Positions 47,891 through 61,748 of a stretch of DNA of 64,000 bases are shown one piece after another; positions within the stretch are counted from its first letter, which is position 1, and every line of letters begins with the position of its first letter. Origin of the DNA: Zygnema circumcarinatum SAG 698-1b (lineage: Eukaryota; Plantae; Zygnematophyceae); the NCBI GenBank assembly GCA_037447605.1, contig CM074806.1, forward strand, positions 1,984,001 through 2,048,000. The letters run 5' to 3'. The notes beneath the pieces were generated by a model. That model was not told the origin of the DNA, did no database searches, and saw only the letters and a program-made list of their open reading frames with translations. Both the position numbers and the translations under genes were made by a program.

Positions 47891-50574
47891 ATGGCAGTCA
47901 GCGAACAGGTTAAGCCTGCCTTCATGGTGGCGGATATATGTCTCAGCCTGTCACGTGAGCTTGAAGACGACCTTGATCTTGCTGAAAGGTGATTTTTCTC
48001 TCCCCTTTATTTGGGAACAAGCAGGATTGCTCGTTTTGGCGGAGGTAGGCGAGTTCCGAAGCATTATGTTTTCCTTCCATTAGCGCAGGGAGTTGGAAGG
48101 ATTTGATGCAGTTGGGGACCTAGAGTGCTGACGGAGCTGGCTTTATTTGCAGGTATTTGATAAGTGCTATGTTTGACGATGCCGCCACGACGGCTGCAAG
48201 TATTCTGAGAAGATTGACGAAGCGGAGTGTGCGGGAAACAAAAAAAATCGAGGAACGTGCTCCTTGTCCTATGGAATGCAGTAGTAGGCATAAGGCAAAG
48301 GCATGCGAATTGGATGAAATAGAGTCTACGGAAGCCGGACGGGCGGGAGAAGAAAATGGACGCTGCAGTGGGAGCTCGAGTGTGGAAAGCGTTGAAGATG
48401 GTGAGGATACATTTGGACTAACCAATTCAGCGGGGACCGTCCTCATACAAGCTTACCATGAAATGAACAGGTGCATTGGCCAGTCTACTTTCGGTTGCTC
48501 TGGTTTTGAGAGAATAGCCTTCCAAGTTTTTGCAGAAGCTGTCTTGCACATCGTTGGAGTAATGATTGTTTCATTTTTAATGCTCTCATCATACAGGAGA
48601 AGTTTTGAATGGGGTTCTGTTGTGAGGAGAAGCTGCTAGTCTCGTTCGGTGAATCGGTGAGTAGACCTAACTTTCTTGCCTAATCCTCTTTTCTTTTTGC
48701 AGGCATATGGAGCTGATTGATCTGATGCAAGAACTTTTCGGTAGTACCGCTCATGTACCTGGCGAGCTTCTCCTCATGTGGTAATATTTCTCACAGTTTA
48801 TATTGCCAGACATGCTTAGTATGGTGTTCGTCTCCAGACGATCAGTTAGCGCCTTCAATTAGCTTCCTGTTTTTCGGTCTCCTTATCCTTTTCTGGGTTT
48901 TCTGGCCGAGTTCAGGGTAGCCCTCCAGCTGTCAACACATGAAGTTGGCCTTGCCCGGAACACTCTACTGGAATATCTGGCAGCGGCAAAGGTCTCAAAA
49001 AGTCAGAAGGTGTTGAATGATTATACCTCTTCCACTGAAGCTGTGTGCTTAGGGAGCAACCTGAATGAAGGCAATGCAATAGACTTCGACTCCAGCTCAG
49101 GAGAGGCCTCTGACGCGTTATGGCACAGACAGGCACACCTGGCAGCGGCAGCGGAGATTTACGCCGTTGATGTGTTAGGGAAAGGTTATAAGGATGGCAA
49201 TGCCGCGCTGAGCTGGCTTGCGGTGCAGGAGTGGCTTTCACCGGAGGAAAAGCAGGTGAATACTGCTTTGCCATCGACAACAGCTAGAGAGGGAGGCAGT
49301 CTGTGAATGTCTGGAAAAAGGGCAAGTGAGACTAGCAATGAAGTCTTTGTTGTGAAGTTTGCGATGCGCATCAGAAAGGCGGCCAATACCATGGACTTGG
49401 TTTGTTTTCCGCCCTACTTGAGCATAATTGGTCCTTCATTGGAACCAAGGAAGCATCAACCAAGTTGGGATTTGAGAGGTTCAGCAATACCACTTTTCTT
49501 GCAGTTGTTCCTAGAAGCTGTTAATTTGAGTACTTGTTTCCTTTTGCATACCTGTTTCTGATTGCAGAAAATAAATCGGAGAATACAATTGGATATTCGT
49601 GAAATGAAACTTCCCTATTCTTCCGACCAAACGCTAGGCCCTGAAGAAGGCTTCTCAAGCAGCTATGCCATGTCTCAAACTCAGAAGGCTACCCTACAGG
49701 AGTCGTTCAAGGATGCAGCCTATGCTATTCCGATTTCAAAATTACACGACGAGTTTGGGCAATCTATGTCTTCATTCAGGCAGAATGCAGACAGGGAGAC
49801 GAAGGGAAAAGGTCGGACTAGGAAAACATCTGTATCGGAGATCACGGAGGCGGATATTTTGCCCAGCGAGACGGAGGAGTTGTCTCACGGTGGTGAGCCG
49901 CACTTGCTTGATGAAGGCAAGGAAGGAGTTGCCGAAGTGCAAGGCAACGAGGGCAGAAAGTGGCCGTTGTCACTGGTCCTTGTAGCTGCCTGGCTGCAAC
50001 GCCACTTCACAAAAACAAGGGGATATCTCGTGGATAACGGGAAACTCACTGAGACTGCCTTACATAATAGTTGGGACCATGTACTGAGGCATAAAAGGGC
50101 AGTTTTTGTTGCGATTTTCAGCTCATTGGTTACTTTTTCAGCTATTAGAGAACGCGCAGTTCTTCGAAGGTACACATGCATTTCCTCCCTCTCCTTGTCC
50201 CTCTGCACGTGAATGTAGGATGGCCTCGTTTTAACTGGTCTACAAGATGATACTTGGCACTGTTGATTCAAAAATCTAGGCATTTTTCTTTCTGATTGTT
50301 TTGGTTCGGAAGGTATGGGCGTCATCGTGATTGTCATCTTTTCTTTCACCTCAAGTTTTGAGGCGAAGTACTTCGCGATTGCATTGCAATTGTATCCCCC
50401 TCACTACATACGTTGTCCCAATCTGTGCATCACAGGATGTGGGTAACCTTCGCCCGAGCTCTAAGACAAGGCATCATCGACTTATGTCATCTGGCGTTCA
50501 CTGTGAACTTAAATCCCTTGGCATCACTGCAACCTCTGCCATCGGCTATGGCATCCCAGATGCTTCGATACTGA
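47891..50574 (+). CDS. APEM9: Peroxisomal tail-anchored protein APEM9/DAYU (Pex15/Pex26 equivalent)
   Basis: DLDLAER|YLISAMFDDAATTAASILRRL; SAGTVLIQAYHEMNR|HMELIDLMQELFGS; AEIYAVDVLG..ALSWL..SPEEKQ|KINRRI; TM AVFVAIFSSLVTFSAIRER; last exon DLCHLAFTVNLNPLASLQPLP. Confidence 0.8.
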
Positions 50575-51054
50575 GCCTCTCTGAACTGTGCCTGTATATA
50601 AGTAGAGAGGTTCTTGTAGATCTGAAGTACACGGCAGTGTTAAAAACAAACATCATTTTTGCTATTCTTTGGACATACTCTCAACCCTGGATCGTTGTAA
50701 TTCCTTTCTTAATAATTGTGCAGTTTACTGTGCATCTTTGAAAACCTAGTGTGGACGTGTGCAAGCGTTGAAAGTGCCACTTGACATTGTGACATGTCCA
50801 TGAGTTATAAGAAGCTGTTGGCACGTTCCTTTACCTCTGCATTGCAACTACCGTATCGCATAAATCGTTCAAGGCGATAAACTTCTTCAAATATGATGGA
50901 TAAGGTTGTACACACTTGCGAGGGCACAAGCAGCTATTTGGAACATCCTACCGATATCATATATTTCGTGGCAATTGTTGCGCATACACACAAACATACA
51001 CATACCTTCCCCACAAACTACTGAAAACGTCTAGGAAAACGGACCCTAATGTAC

Positions 51055-51216
51055 GGCATCATCGACTCCTGGCATCAGGCTTTGGCTGTAAGCTCAAATC
51101 CTTTGGCATTACTGCACCCCAGATGCTGCAGTACTGCACCTCTCTGAGCTGTGCCTGAACAGAAGTGAAAGTTTTTTTTGTACTTCTCTAGTACGTCGCG
51201 GTCCTTCAAAAACATC
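51055..51216 (+). repeat. Diverged tandem duplicate of the APEM9 last exon and 3'UTR
   Basis: Aligns to about 50470-50656 (GGCATCATCGAC..AAATCC.TTGGCAT..CTCTCTGA.CTGTGCCTG..AAACATC) and translates as GIIDSWHQALAVSSNPLALLHP. Confidence 0.75.
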
Positions 51217-51570
51217 GCCCCTCCTATTCGTTGATGTACACATCTCATGATTTCATCCCTAAATTGTTATGAATGCTTACTCACATCCTATGATGCACAG
51301 CATGATGCATTGGGACAACATATGAAGAAATGGAGATACAATCACAATGCAACCACAAAGTATTTCGCCGCACACCTAGAGGTGAAAAAAAAGTTGAAAA
51401 TCATGATGTCCATGCCTTAGGACCAAAGAAAAATAAGGAAGAAAAATTTGCAGTCTTTCGAGTCAACAATGCCGAGTATCAACTTGTGGACACGGACGAA
51501 AGATTGAAAGGAAATTCAGAGCACCAGCTTCCTCCCTCAGCGTCATAAATTGAAGATGCTCCTAGTCATG

Positions 51571-52518
51571 TCAATCACTCGGGTTGGACTCGATTTCATT
51601 TGGCTTCCCCTTCCCATCTCTATACTTGCTGCTGCCTCTGCTCTTCTCCTTCTCTCTCTTCTTCTGATGATTTCGCTTTCGCTCTCTGTGTTCACTGTTA
51701 TCCGAATCACTAATTTCTTTTCTGCTTTGTCTCCTCTCCCTTTCTCTACTCTTCTTCTTTGACAGCCGCCTGTCACCCTCTGACTCGTCGGAGTAATCTG
51801 AAGAATCATCCTCACTTTCTGACTTCCTTTTCTTGCTGTGCTTTTTTGAACGCCTCTTATCCGTAGAAGCCTTCTTGCTGCCTCGTTTCTTTCGCTTTCT
51901 CCTCTTCTGGTCTTCGGAGCTTTCCTCGGCATCAGAATCACTGCTGCTCTCGTCGTCAACCCTCCTACGCTTGCGTGACTTTCTCTTATCTTTCTCCTTC
52001 TCCCGTAATTTGCTTTTAGATCCTCCAGCAGAGCTTCTAGAGGTCAAGCCTTGAGCTTTTGCAAGGGCACGCTCCATTTCACTGTCCAAGTCACTTTCAG
52101 AAATATCACTTTCCTCACTATCTTCCTCTCCTTGACCCCCTTCCCCTTCCATCCGCAAGACCAAGTCTCCATTACCTTCAATTGCACCTACTATCTCCTC
52201 CTTAGCCGTCAAGAAATTCCTGCATTGAAAAGTGAGATGCCCTACTCTGTTGCATTTTTTGCAGGATCCCCGCGTTTCATTTGCATTGGAACCAGTCAAA
52301 CGCGCAAGTGCAAGCAACCCCTGAAAGCTGTCATAAGCATTGTCAGCTGCCGCCTTATCGACCGGCCCTGTTTCATCCTTCACGACCTCCTTTTTCTGCT
52401 CCGGCGCGTACGGATCGTACCCAATTGCACTCTGCCAAATCCCGTGCGTTTGCAACGCGGCACTACTATGCACCCGGTTGTTCGCCGGCATGCGCACGCG
52501 CCCCGCTGTTGCAGGCAT
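51571..52518 (-). CDS. CXIP4: CAX-interacting protein 4 (CCHC zinc knuckle, RS/K-rich tail)
   Basis: Intronless 315-aa ORF: MPATAGRVRMPANNRVHSSAALQTHGIWQSAIGYDPYAP..SFQGLLALARLTG..CKKCNRVGHLTFQCRNFL. Confidence 0.95.
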   Translation of the reverse strand: MPATAGRVRMPANNRVHSSAALQTHGIWQSAIGYDPYAPEQKKEVVKDETGPVDKAAADNAYDSFQGLLALARLTGSNANETRGSCKKCNRVGHLTFQCRNFLTAKEEIVGAIEGNGDLVLRMEGEGGQGEEDSEESDISESDLDSEMERALAKAQGLTSRSSAGGSKSKLREKEKDKRKSRKRRRVDDESSSDSDAEESSEDQKRRKRKKRGSKKASTDKRRSKKHSKKRKSESEDDSSDYSDESEGDRRLSKKKSRERERRQSRKEISDSDNSEHRERKRNHQKKREKEKSRGSSKYRDGKGKPNEIESNPSD

Positions 52519-53038
52519 GGTGAACGCCTTCTAAAACCTACCTCAAATAATATGTAATTGGCCCAAAGGAGCGGCGCTGCAGGCAGCCCTTCCTTCCGCA
52601 GAGCCTCCTTCCCTCGTTCCTTCCTGGGCATCCAGCACCCTTCCACGCCCTCTGCAAATTAGGTCGCGGGCGACGCGGGCGAAGAGGGGCCCTGCTCGAG
52701 TTCTCTCAAAACTGAGGGGAGAAACGTTTTCACGAAACCAAGTTTCGACTGTGCACTCTGATTGGTCGAATCGAGACTTTTTCACTGCCCGTCGCGACGA
52801 CCCGCCCGCGAAGTTACCAGAAGACATCGTCGTCCGCACACTAATACGGTAACGTACGGCCTTGGGTATTTGCCGTACTGTACTGTACATTGGAGTACGG
52901 GAGGGGCATCCGTACAATCTGCCAAGAGGCGTTGGGTCTTGGGAGGCTGCAAGCTTCCGCCGATCTGCTCCGGCCGCAGAAGGTTGGCCGCCTCTCTTCC
53001 CTCTCCCTCTCGGCTGGTCCTCCTCCCGGCAGGGAGAG

Positions 53039-56000
53039 ATGAAGAGGAAATCAAAACATGGAAACAGAGGGAAGGAGAAGCGGAGAATCAGGCCATTGGA
53101 AGAAAGCTATGAAGAAAAACAGGGTATGCCGGCTAATGCTTGTCCATCACTTATGTGTAGTCTTGCTGTATTTCCAACGATTATTGCGCTATGTGTTTTC
53201 TGTTCCTTTGTGAGAAAACCATTAATTTTCTATCATTCTATTCACTGGATCATGGAACGGGCGTTTTTATATTTTCGTGCCAATCCTGAAGATGATCAAA
53301 ACCAGGTGCAGTTTGAAGTTGTTCAAGAAAATGATAGCTCGAAGATCGATGTCACGACTTCCGACAACATGAAGGTACCGCTGGCCGTTGAATCTTTTCA
53401 ATAATTCAAGGATAAATGAAATAATTCTCAGAGGTCCCGTTCAGTGTACATAGGCGGTACTTTCTATCGAGGAAAGACGCTTAAATCATCCAAGCTGTTA
53501 AGATTCATCAGTGGCGTGAACAAACAAAGAGAAGTCAAATATCCTACCGTACCAGTGTCAGAAAAAAAAAAATCAGCTAACATATCAACAGCAATAAGCA
53601 AAAATTGTATGCGGTCATTTTTGCTGAAGCTTGTACTTTTCTTCCTACATTGTCACATGATTCCGAAAAAACCGTCAAAACTGCTGAGGAAGTCAGCCTG
53701 CATGGCAGCACTTGTGAGCACATAAATGTGGAGGCGGCGACGGTGCCTGTGGTCGTGTTGCCTGCAGTGTCTAAGCCTTCGTCGTGGTGAATCTTGAGTA
53801 GCTGCAGGCAACGATGGCGCAAAACGTGGACATTGCTAATGAAACTATATTTCCGGAGGCTGTACCATTGAATGAAGCAATCGAGGGGAAGGGTGTATCG
53901 AATTTCTTACTGAAATTTTGCATGGAAAAGGACGATGCCAAGTACGATGATGGTGTTATAGAGCATCAACGAACGATTCCTGGTAATATGTGCTAAAAAT
54001 TGAAAAATTATCTTTTTTTATCAAACAGAGACGAGCTATTCATGGTGTGATCAAGTGACGCTGATGTCACCGTGCCGGGCTGCGTCTGTCGGATTATTTT
54101 TGTTTTGCAATATGCACGTAGAAACATTTCTTTGCCCGTGTTCAGGAATCGTTTTTACTAAAAAATGGAAGGTGCAAGCTCCTGAACTCGAAATCGGATC
54201 AGTTTCTATATGCTATTCCCAAATGCACTTGCTTCGACCAGATATTGATTATGTGCTTTCTGTCTGATGATCCATCTCTTTTCTGTGCAACACGATTTGT
54301 AGGCACTGCTCTGGTCGAAGAATTTGAGACAGGAAATCAAAGTGCGATGAAATCTGAGGTAAGGACCAAATGCCAAGCCTTTCTCAACTGAGTTAGTCAA
54401 TCACCGAGTTGTGGATTTAACTGTTAGAACAGCCTGTTCTAAGCTTATGAAGCCCTTTAAGATATCTAGAAAATAACGAATGACGATGGACTCGGGCATG
54501 GAACTGCTTTTAATGCCTGATGCCTACCGCCACCTTTCCTCGTGTTGCTGACTTTGAAATAATTTCGCGGACTACCTCAATTATACCAATTGATCTAACT
54601 CTATTGAAATTCTACATATTCTATAAGCACGTAGCATATGGAGAAAATGGCAGGGTTCTCGTCCGGGTCTGTGAACTCAAGAAATGTACAGTCAACACTG
54701 GTAAGGATTTCGGTGAGGACAACTTCTTTTCTGCTTACAAGCAAAATTAAGCTTAGAGAGCCTTGTTTTCTATCCGTTTTAAATGTACAGGATACACCAA
54801 ATAAGTGGATTCCGTTGGGTGAATTTAAAGAATCAGAGAATGGCCCTAGCCTCTCATCGGCAATACAGCGAACGTCCTCAAGTGAAGCAAACGGGAATCC
54901 AACCAAACTGCTAGAGATTGCCACAGATCGAAGTGACTTGGGCGCATCCCTTGCAAGACAAAGCAACGTATCAGGTGATGACATTAATCTCTGGTGTCTA
55001 CGAAAAACTTTGTCGTGCGACATGTGCAAAGGACGATAGGCGTGTTCAGAACCAATCATGGTTCAAGAACCCTCTCGACTGTAGTTAAAATAGTCCTGAA
55101 CTAGTTCATAACTTCAGTTTTCTGTCCATGGAGCATGTATTCATGTCACGGGGTCTTCTAAGACCATGTTGGATGTTTTCCAACATGTTATCCAAAACTG
55201 ACTTTCTTAGGTGTCACGTTTTGCAGACGGAACAAAAAGTGAGGCGGATCTACTTCACGACTGTGGGAAAATAAATCTTGTCAATGACCGTGCTGGGATG
55301 GATTCCAGCGCCACGAAAGTGATGGTAACTTTATTCACATCTGCTTATACAATTCCGTTTTTGCTAAAGTTTCAGTCACCTGAAAAATGGCGCAATGCTT
55401 GATAGCTGTACTTTGCTGCGTCTGATTACATTCGTCGTAGCTTCCGCTTTGCTCATGTTTTCTTGCTTTTGGGTGGAACAAGTGAGGATAAAAAAGATTC
55501 ACCATTCAGCATTCAGCAAAAATCGTGAAACACTAGGGTCTTTGTCTTTTCAAAAGTTAACCTTAGCAAAAGCATTGGAAAAGAATGGCAGAGTCATATA
55601 AGCAATACTTGTCTCTTGCACAAGTCCGTTCCCAGTATGCTAGTGGAATGTTAGATTTTCTCGGAAGAAGGCCTTTTTGACGACGAAAGCTTGCATGTAC
55701 TATTGTTGAAACAAGGGAATTGGACCTGCAGGACAACCAATTGAACAGCAGGGACCTTATATCGTCATGCGAACCAAAGCAGCAGATATCGGAAATCGAG
55801 CCCGTAGGCATTCCTGAAGCCGAGGTGCCAATGACTGACCAGAAAGACCCAAGTCTTTTCCAGCAGTCCGTTTGTGAAACAAAAACAGAAACAGAAACAG
55901 AGGATTGTATGGCTCAGCGCCTATCTGCCAAGACTGAGTACGACGCATCTCATCAAAGTAAGCAAACTTTTGCAACTGAGGATTACAATTTTTGTTCAGT

Positions 56001-57180
56001 AGAGGTGGTTGTGAAGGCGCTTCAACCAGATGATGTTGGAAACGAGCAATACCTTGTAGCTCACGACGCCCATTGTGAGGAGAACTCAAAAGCAGATTCC
56101 AAGGATGAAGTTGGCCACATTGAATCAGGAGGACCGACTCAAGAAAATGCCTTAGTGCGGGAGAGACGTACAACTGAACGGATTTTGAATGATGAAGGGC
56201 AAAATGATCATTCTGAAGGAAAGGTGACATTAGTTGTGAACCTTGCTGAACTCCAAAGAAATGGTAGCGTCAAGTGCGGGCAGTGCGGGAAGCACTTGTT
56301 GTCCCCGTCGGAAGCAGCAAGTAATCCGCGGTTCCTACCACCAACGAGGGTGTACGCGAGTCCGTTAAGTAGTTGGCAGCCTGACGAAGCCCTTATCGCA
56401 TGGAGTGGGCAACTGGAAAAATCTGACGCGAAACGTTTCGATGAGGGCTTGTTTAGACCTAGGAACTTCGATCTTTGCCCAGGTGATCCCTCTTGAAAGC
56501 ATCGTATGTTGAGAACTTTGATGGCTCATTCTGCGATGATCGTGTGCAATGGTGTATAATTCTTCCTGATTTGCCAACTGATGGCAACATTTTGGCATTA
56601 AGGGCGCTTTCAGTGTACTTTTTATGGATGGCTCACACTTACTCTCTTCTGATGCTCTCGTCTTCCTACATGGACCTGTTGTAGGCGGTGAGCGCGAGTT
56701 GAAGCGGCAGGTCTCCACTGAGCTGGTAAGCATGATACACAAACTGCAGGGCACATGCGATGTGCTGGAACAGCAGCTCTCCGCTGTTCACCAAAACCAG
56801 GCAACGACCCAACTTATTCTGGGCTTGGAGAGTGAACGCGACTCCCTAAAGCAGCAAATCTCTTGCCAGACCAATCAGCTGAGTGCCTGCGAGAAACGAA
56901 ACTCTGCTCTATCATGCCGTGTGTTCGACCTGGAGGTACGTGTAACAGCTTCTCCTCGTTATTTCTGGGTACAGATTTTTTTTAGTTTGTTTATCTTGTA
57001 ATCACCTTTTTACCTTCTATTCACAAATGTCTTCCTATTGTGACTCCCTTTGCTGTTTTGAAGCCAGTCTCTGGAACATACATGTCAATTCCTGTTTCCT
57101 GTTTGGCTGTGTGGACCTTGCAGGTGGAATGTGCACGCTTGAAATCTGCACATGCCCGATTGCAGGCTAACGTACAGTAA
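53039..57180 (+). CDS. Uncharacterised multi-exon protein, acidic/disordered middle and C-terminal coiled coil
   Basis: MKRKSKHGNRGKEKRR..Q|GTATGC donor; large exon about 55720-56482 splices in frame (FDLCPG|GERELKRQ..LESERDSLKQQ..FDLE|VECARLKSAHARLQANVQ*). Internal exons only partly resolved. Confidence 0.6.
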
Positions 57181-58433
57181 AAATTTGATTGAAGAAATCT
57201 ACTACGCTTGGCTGCTTCCAGCATAAGCTCACTATCAATTACCAGCCGTCGATTCTCCACCAAGCTTGGGGATTCATCCTGTTCAAATCTCACCAAGATT
57301 GACACGAACATAAAATGCAACCAGGTTGTGAGGGTGAGAGATCGTTTTCAGAGCATGAGGCGGTTATTGAATTCCGAAGGCTCCGTAAGCTTTTGCTGTC
57401 TGAGTAAAACGCTACTTTTCAACAGTTTTGCGGACGTCCACAGCCTCACCAGCAATAGACTCAAAGCCAGTAACTGCCTTGTGCCAATTCATCCCTCACG
57501 ATGCAGGACCACCATCTCTTTTTGTGAAATTATTCCACTTGTCTACGTTTTGGGTCATAAAAATGACTGGTATAGTGGAGAAATGCAAGGAACACTCACT
57601 ATTCATATGGCTGCTGGGCACGAACTCAAAAGATATTGATTAGTTTATACATATACCTCGACTGTTCAGTGAGAAAAGCTAAATAATGCATCATGCATCA
57701 CTTCATACTCATACATTACTCAGGAGACCTTGGCTGCAGTTTCAAAAGGAACAAAACTTTCAACGGAGAGAGTTGAACAAATCTAATGTCAACCATATAA
57801 ACCTGCCTATGACTCATTTTTCAAGCAAGTATCACCCATTGCTGTGGATAAATTCTGTATGGAACGTTTCAGTGTTCAATGCCTAACAACCCTGGACCAA
57901 CAGTCCAGTCTCAGTTGCAGTGCTCAGTCCTCCAGGACTTCAGTGATAACTACAGCAATGAAGAAATCACTACTCAATTCACTATATTTCACATATACAA
58001 ATCAGCTTCTCTTAAGAACAAACCAGCTTTTCTTCAGGAAGCAGTTCAATATGTCGGCCATGTTTGATAAACAATCATTTATAGGCAGACCTTCCTCTAT
58101 CCATTGCTCAAAGTTCTATTTTATTCGCTTTGTGCCTCACAATGAACGACCGCCTCCCATGCCCAATGAATACTTAAAAACTACTACTTACTTTACCCCT
58201 TTTTTAAATCTTTTGATCAAAAAAAGGGGTGGAAATAACACTACTGTAGACCCCCCCCAATATTTTCGCCATGGTTTCGGCAAATATTAATAGTGGAGAA
58301 TGATAGACCCCCCACCCCTTTGGATACCCCGTCCCCCTTTTCGGGAAGTTTCACACTTCCATTTCGGCTATCCAGTCCCCCTGTTTTGGATATCCCGAAT
58401 AGGGATGGCCCGCGTTATAAATTCCGAATACAT

Positions 58434-59022
58434 TAGGGGGGGTCAGACCTTGACCATCGCTTACGAAATTCAAAGATTCCCTATACGGAAAGGTATTGAT
58501 TTCGTTTCCAGGTTTCGGGTCGGAAGCCGCGGCTCCCCCGAACCTGTCATGTCCCGTCCGTACTACGGAATAGGTTATAAAAATGTCCCCAAATTTCCGA
58601 AATCCGCCGAAATCCGCTCGCCGAAACGCAGGGCCTCCGGAGGCCCTGCGTTTCGAAATTCCAGCTTTCCGCCGATGAGGAATCGTGCCCCGCCTTGTCG
58701 CCATGCGCGTCACGCACGTGCGAGCGCCTCTCGCACGTGTGAGGCGCGCGTGGCGACAAAACGGAGGGCGGCGGGCGGCGGGCGGCGGGCGGCGGGCGGC
58801 GGGCGGCGGGCGGCGGGCGGCGGAGGGAGCGCGGCGGGGCGAAAAGGGGGGGGTCAGACCTGGCTCGGAGATACGAAGGTAAAATAATTATTTTCTTGAA
58901 TTCGCGGCGCCCGAACCTGCCGAACGGCCACTTTTTGCGAAAAAGGCCTGCCGTACACGGCGGAATAGGCCCGACGGGCTTACGAAATTGGTTTGGCGAT
59001 GGTCAAGGTCTGACCCCCCCTA
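58434..59022. mobile_element. TA-flanked non-autonomous TIR element with an internal perfect palindrome
   Basis: Perfect 27-bp inverted repeat TAGGGGGGGTCAGACCTTGACCATCGC (58434-58460 / 58996-59022); perfect 34-bp palindrome at 58622-58655; (GGGCGGC)n at about 58770-58822; third partial TIR at 58846-58860. Confidence 0.7.
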
Positions 59023-60607
59023 TTATATACTTTACAACGGGTTTAAAAGTAGTAATATATTACAAAGTAAAACACTTTATTACATATATTATACCCACTC
59101 GTTTTGAACAATTGACGACCGTACTCGTACGGTAGTACGGTCGTACCATACCAAAATTAGGTCGTTTTGGGGTTGGCGTTGCGAAATGCGTCCGTCTGGT
59201 TCACTCTGTCTGCTCGTGCTCGTGCTCGCCGCCGAGAGGCAGGGACATGACCGTACGACCGTACATGTTGTAAAGGCGTTGTAAAGTAATATATATCAGC
59301 CGTTATCTAGTCGTCACAGTTGTATAATATAATATATATTATATAGTCGTAATTAATCCATCCCTAATCCCGAAACGGAGCGCGCGGATGTCGGTGGGCG
59401 GATGTCGGTGGAGAGGGGGCTCGAAGGATCGAGGAAGCTTCGCGCGAGAATGAAGCTTTTTTGTACGGACACTCCCCTCTGGCCAGGGTGGTGGAGCGAG
59501 CTCGAGGAGGCGAGGAGAGGAGCAGCTCCGATGACATGGAGGAGAGCGGGGAGGCGGCACGCGGCGGGACATGGCGTTGCTCGGTGCTATAGTATTTAGC
59601 TAGAACTATGTATGACGTAATTAACTCCTTTTACCTTTGTAGCTTGGCTCGCGATGCTGAGTGCAAGAGGGCTTGCTCGATGGGCAGCGAGAAAATAGGG
59701 GCTGTTAGCCAGGGTGGTATTGATGAGCTGCGAGCTGAACTTTCTGCTTATCACATTCCTATTTTTATGAAGGAGACTTGAACCCGTGGGTCTTCTCCTA
59801 CCTTTCATTTCTCGGCAGTTTATTTTCTGAACTTATTTCTCTTTCCAGTGTGTGCATTTGGGAGAGTTATTTCTTCAGTTTTGCAGTCATGTCAGAAAGT
59901 GAAGTTAGTGAGGGAGACAATGCTAAAAACCCTAAAAACACCGTGAACTTTTCTAAGACCCTAAAGCTCCATGGAATGCACAGATTTAACCTCTCTTGCT
60001 CACTGCTGCATGCTGTAAGATCTTTAGCTCTGTGGGAGGGTGAAAGCTGCGGCGAGGGAGTGATTCGGCTGTAGCTTTCTGGGGGGTATCGACATAGAGC
60101 AGGTGATTTGACCTTTAGGATCTTCTCACACATCAGCGCAACATCCGCAACATTCGCAGAGAGAGAGCAAAGTATAAAAAGAGAGAGAGAGAGTCTTCCG
60201 AAAATGAAATGGAAACCTAGTAGAGGCATCTAACATTGATTGCAGCTAGTAGGAGCCAATAACTCGTTTTGACTTTGGCGACCACTATGTTGCATGTCCA
60301 TCACCTTATGCAGTTTTCTGTGCCAGTTCCATCATAGTCCTTAAAACAACAGATGATTCTTTTTAAAAATATTGCCCCCAACATTTGCACGACCCTTCTC
60401 AGCCACAAGTCATCAGGAAATCACCAGGAACGTTTAACAGAGAAAAAAAGCGAAAATTTAATACCACTTTGGACCACAGAATAGGTTCAGGTGCGCCTAA
60501 TTTCAACATGGAATACAAAAATTGGAAATTTCTCCAATCTTGGAGGTGTAAAATCAACTGGTACTTTCCCACTAATATGTACAGAACTGGCATTTAATAG
60601 CCCGAAT

Positions 60608-61332
<725 letters not shown>

Positions 61333-61611
61333 TCAAATATTCCTGCAGTAAGGATGACTGGCTGAGAGTGGAGGAGAGAGTGCTGCAGCGTTGCCGCCTG
61401 CGAGGGGGGCTCCGCCCTTTATAGCCCGTCCGCGGCGCAAGGACGTCAAAACTGAATCCGGCGTCTCGGCGTCCGGCGCTCCCATTGGTTGCAGAGGGCG
61501 ACGCCGGATCAATTCCGTTTTGGAGAGAGCAGAATCGGTGGATGACTATCCGACGGCTGAGGGAGGACGCGCAGCCAAAAGGTTGTGTTTCGACGTTTGA
61601 ACTTTCAGCAT

Positions 61612-61748
61612 TAGGGGGTGTCAAACTTAACGAAATCGTACGAACAAAAAAGTTTTGTAAGTACTCCGCCGCACAAGGATTGCGATTTCACCGAAGTACT
61701 CGTTCTGGTATCAAACTTACGAACAATTTTTAAGTCTGACACCCCCTA
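61612..61748. mobile_element. 137-bp MITE upstream of the H3 gene, TIR related to the 58434 element
   Basis: TAGGGGGTGTCAAACTTA (61612-61629) versus the reverse complement of 61731-61748, TAGGGGGTGTCAGACTTA: one mismatch; TA at both ends. Confidence 0.75.

Noticed and set aside
51571-52518. Intronless CXIP4 as a possible retrocopy
   Set aside because: Intact, highly conserved, in a normal bidirectional promoter, with no poly-A or TSD; lack of introns alone is not evidence.
59339-60229. Several short - strand ORFs downstream of H3
   Set aside because: No family motif and no convincing exon chain.
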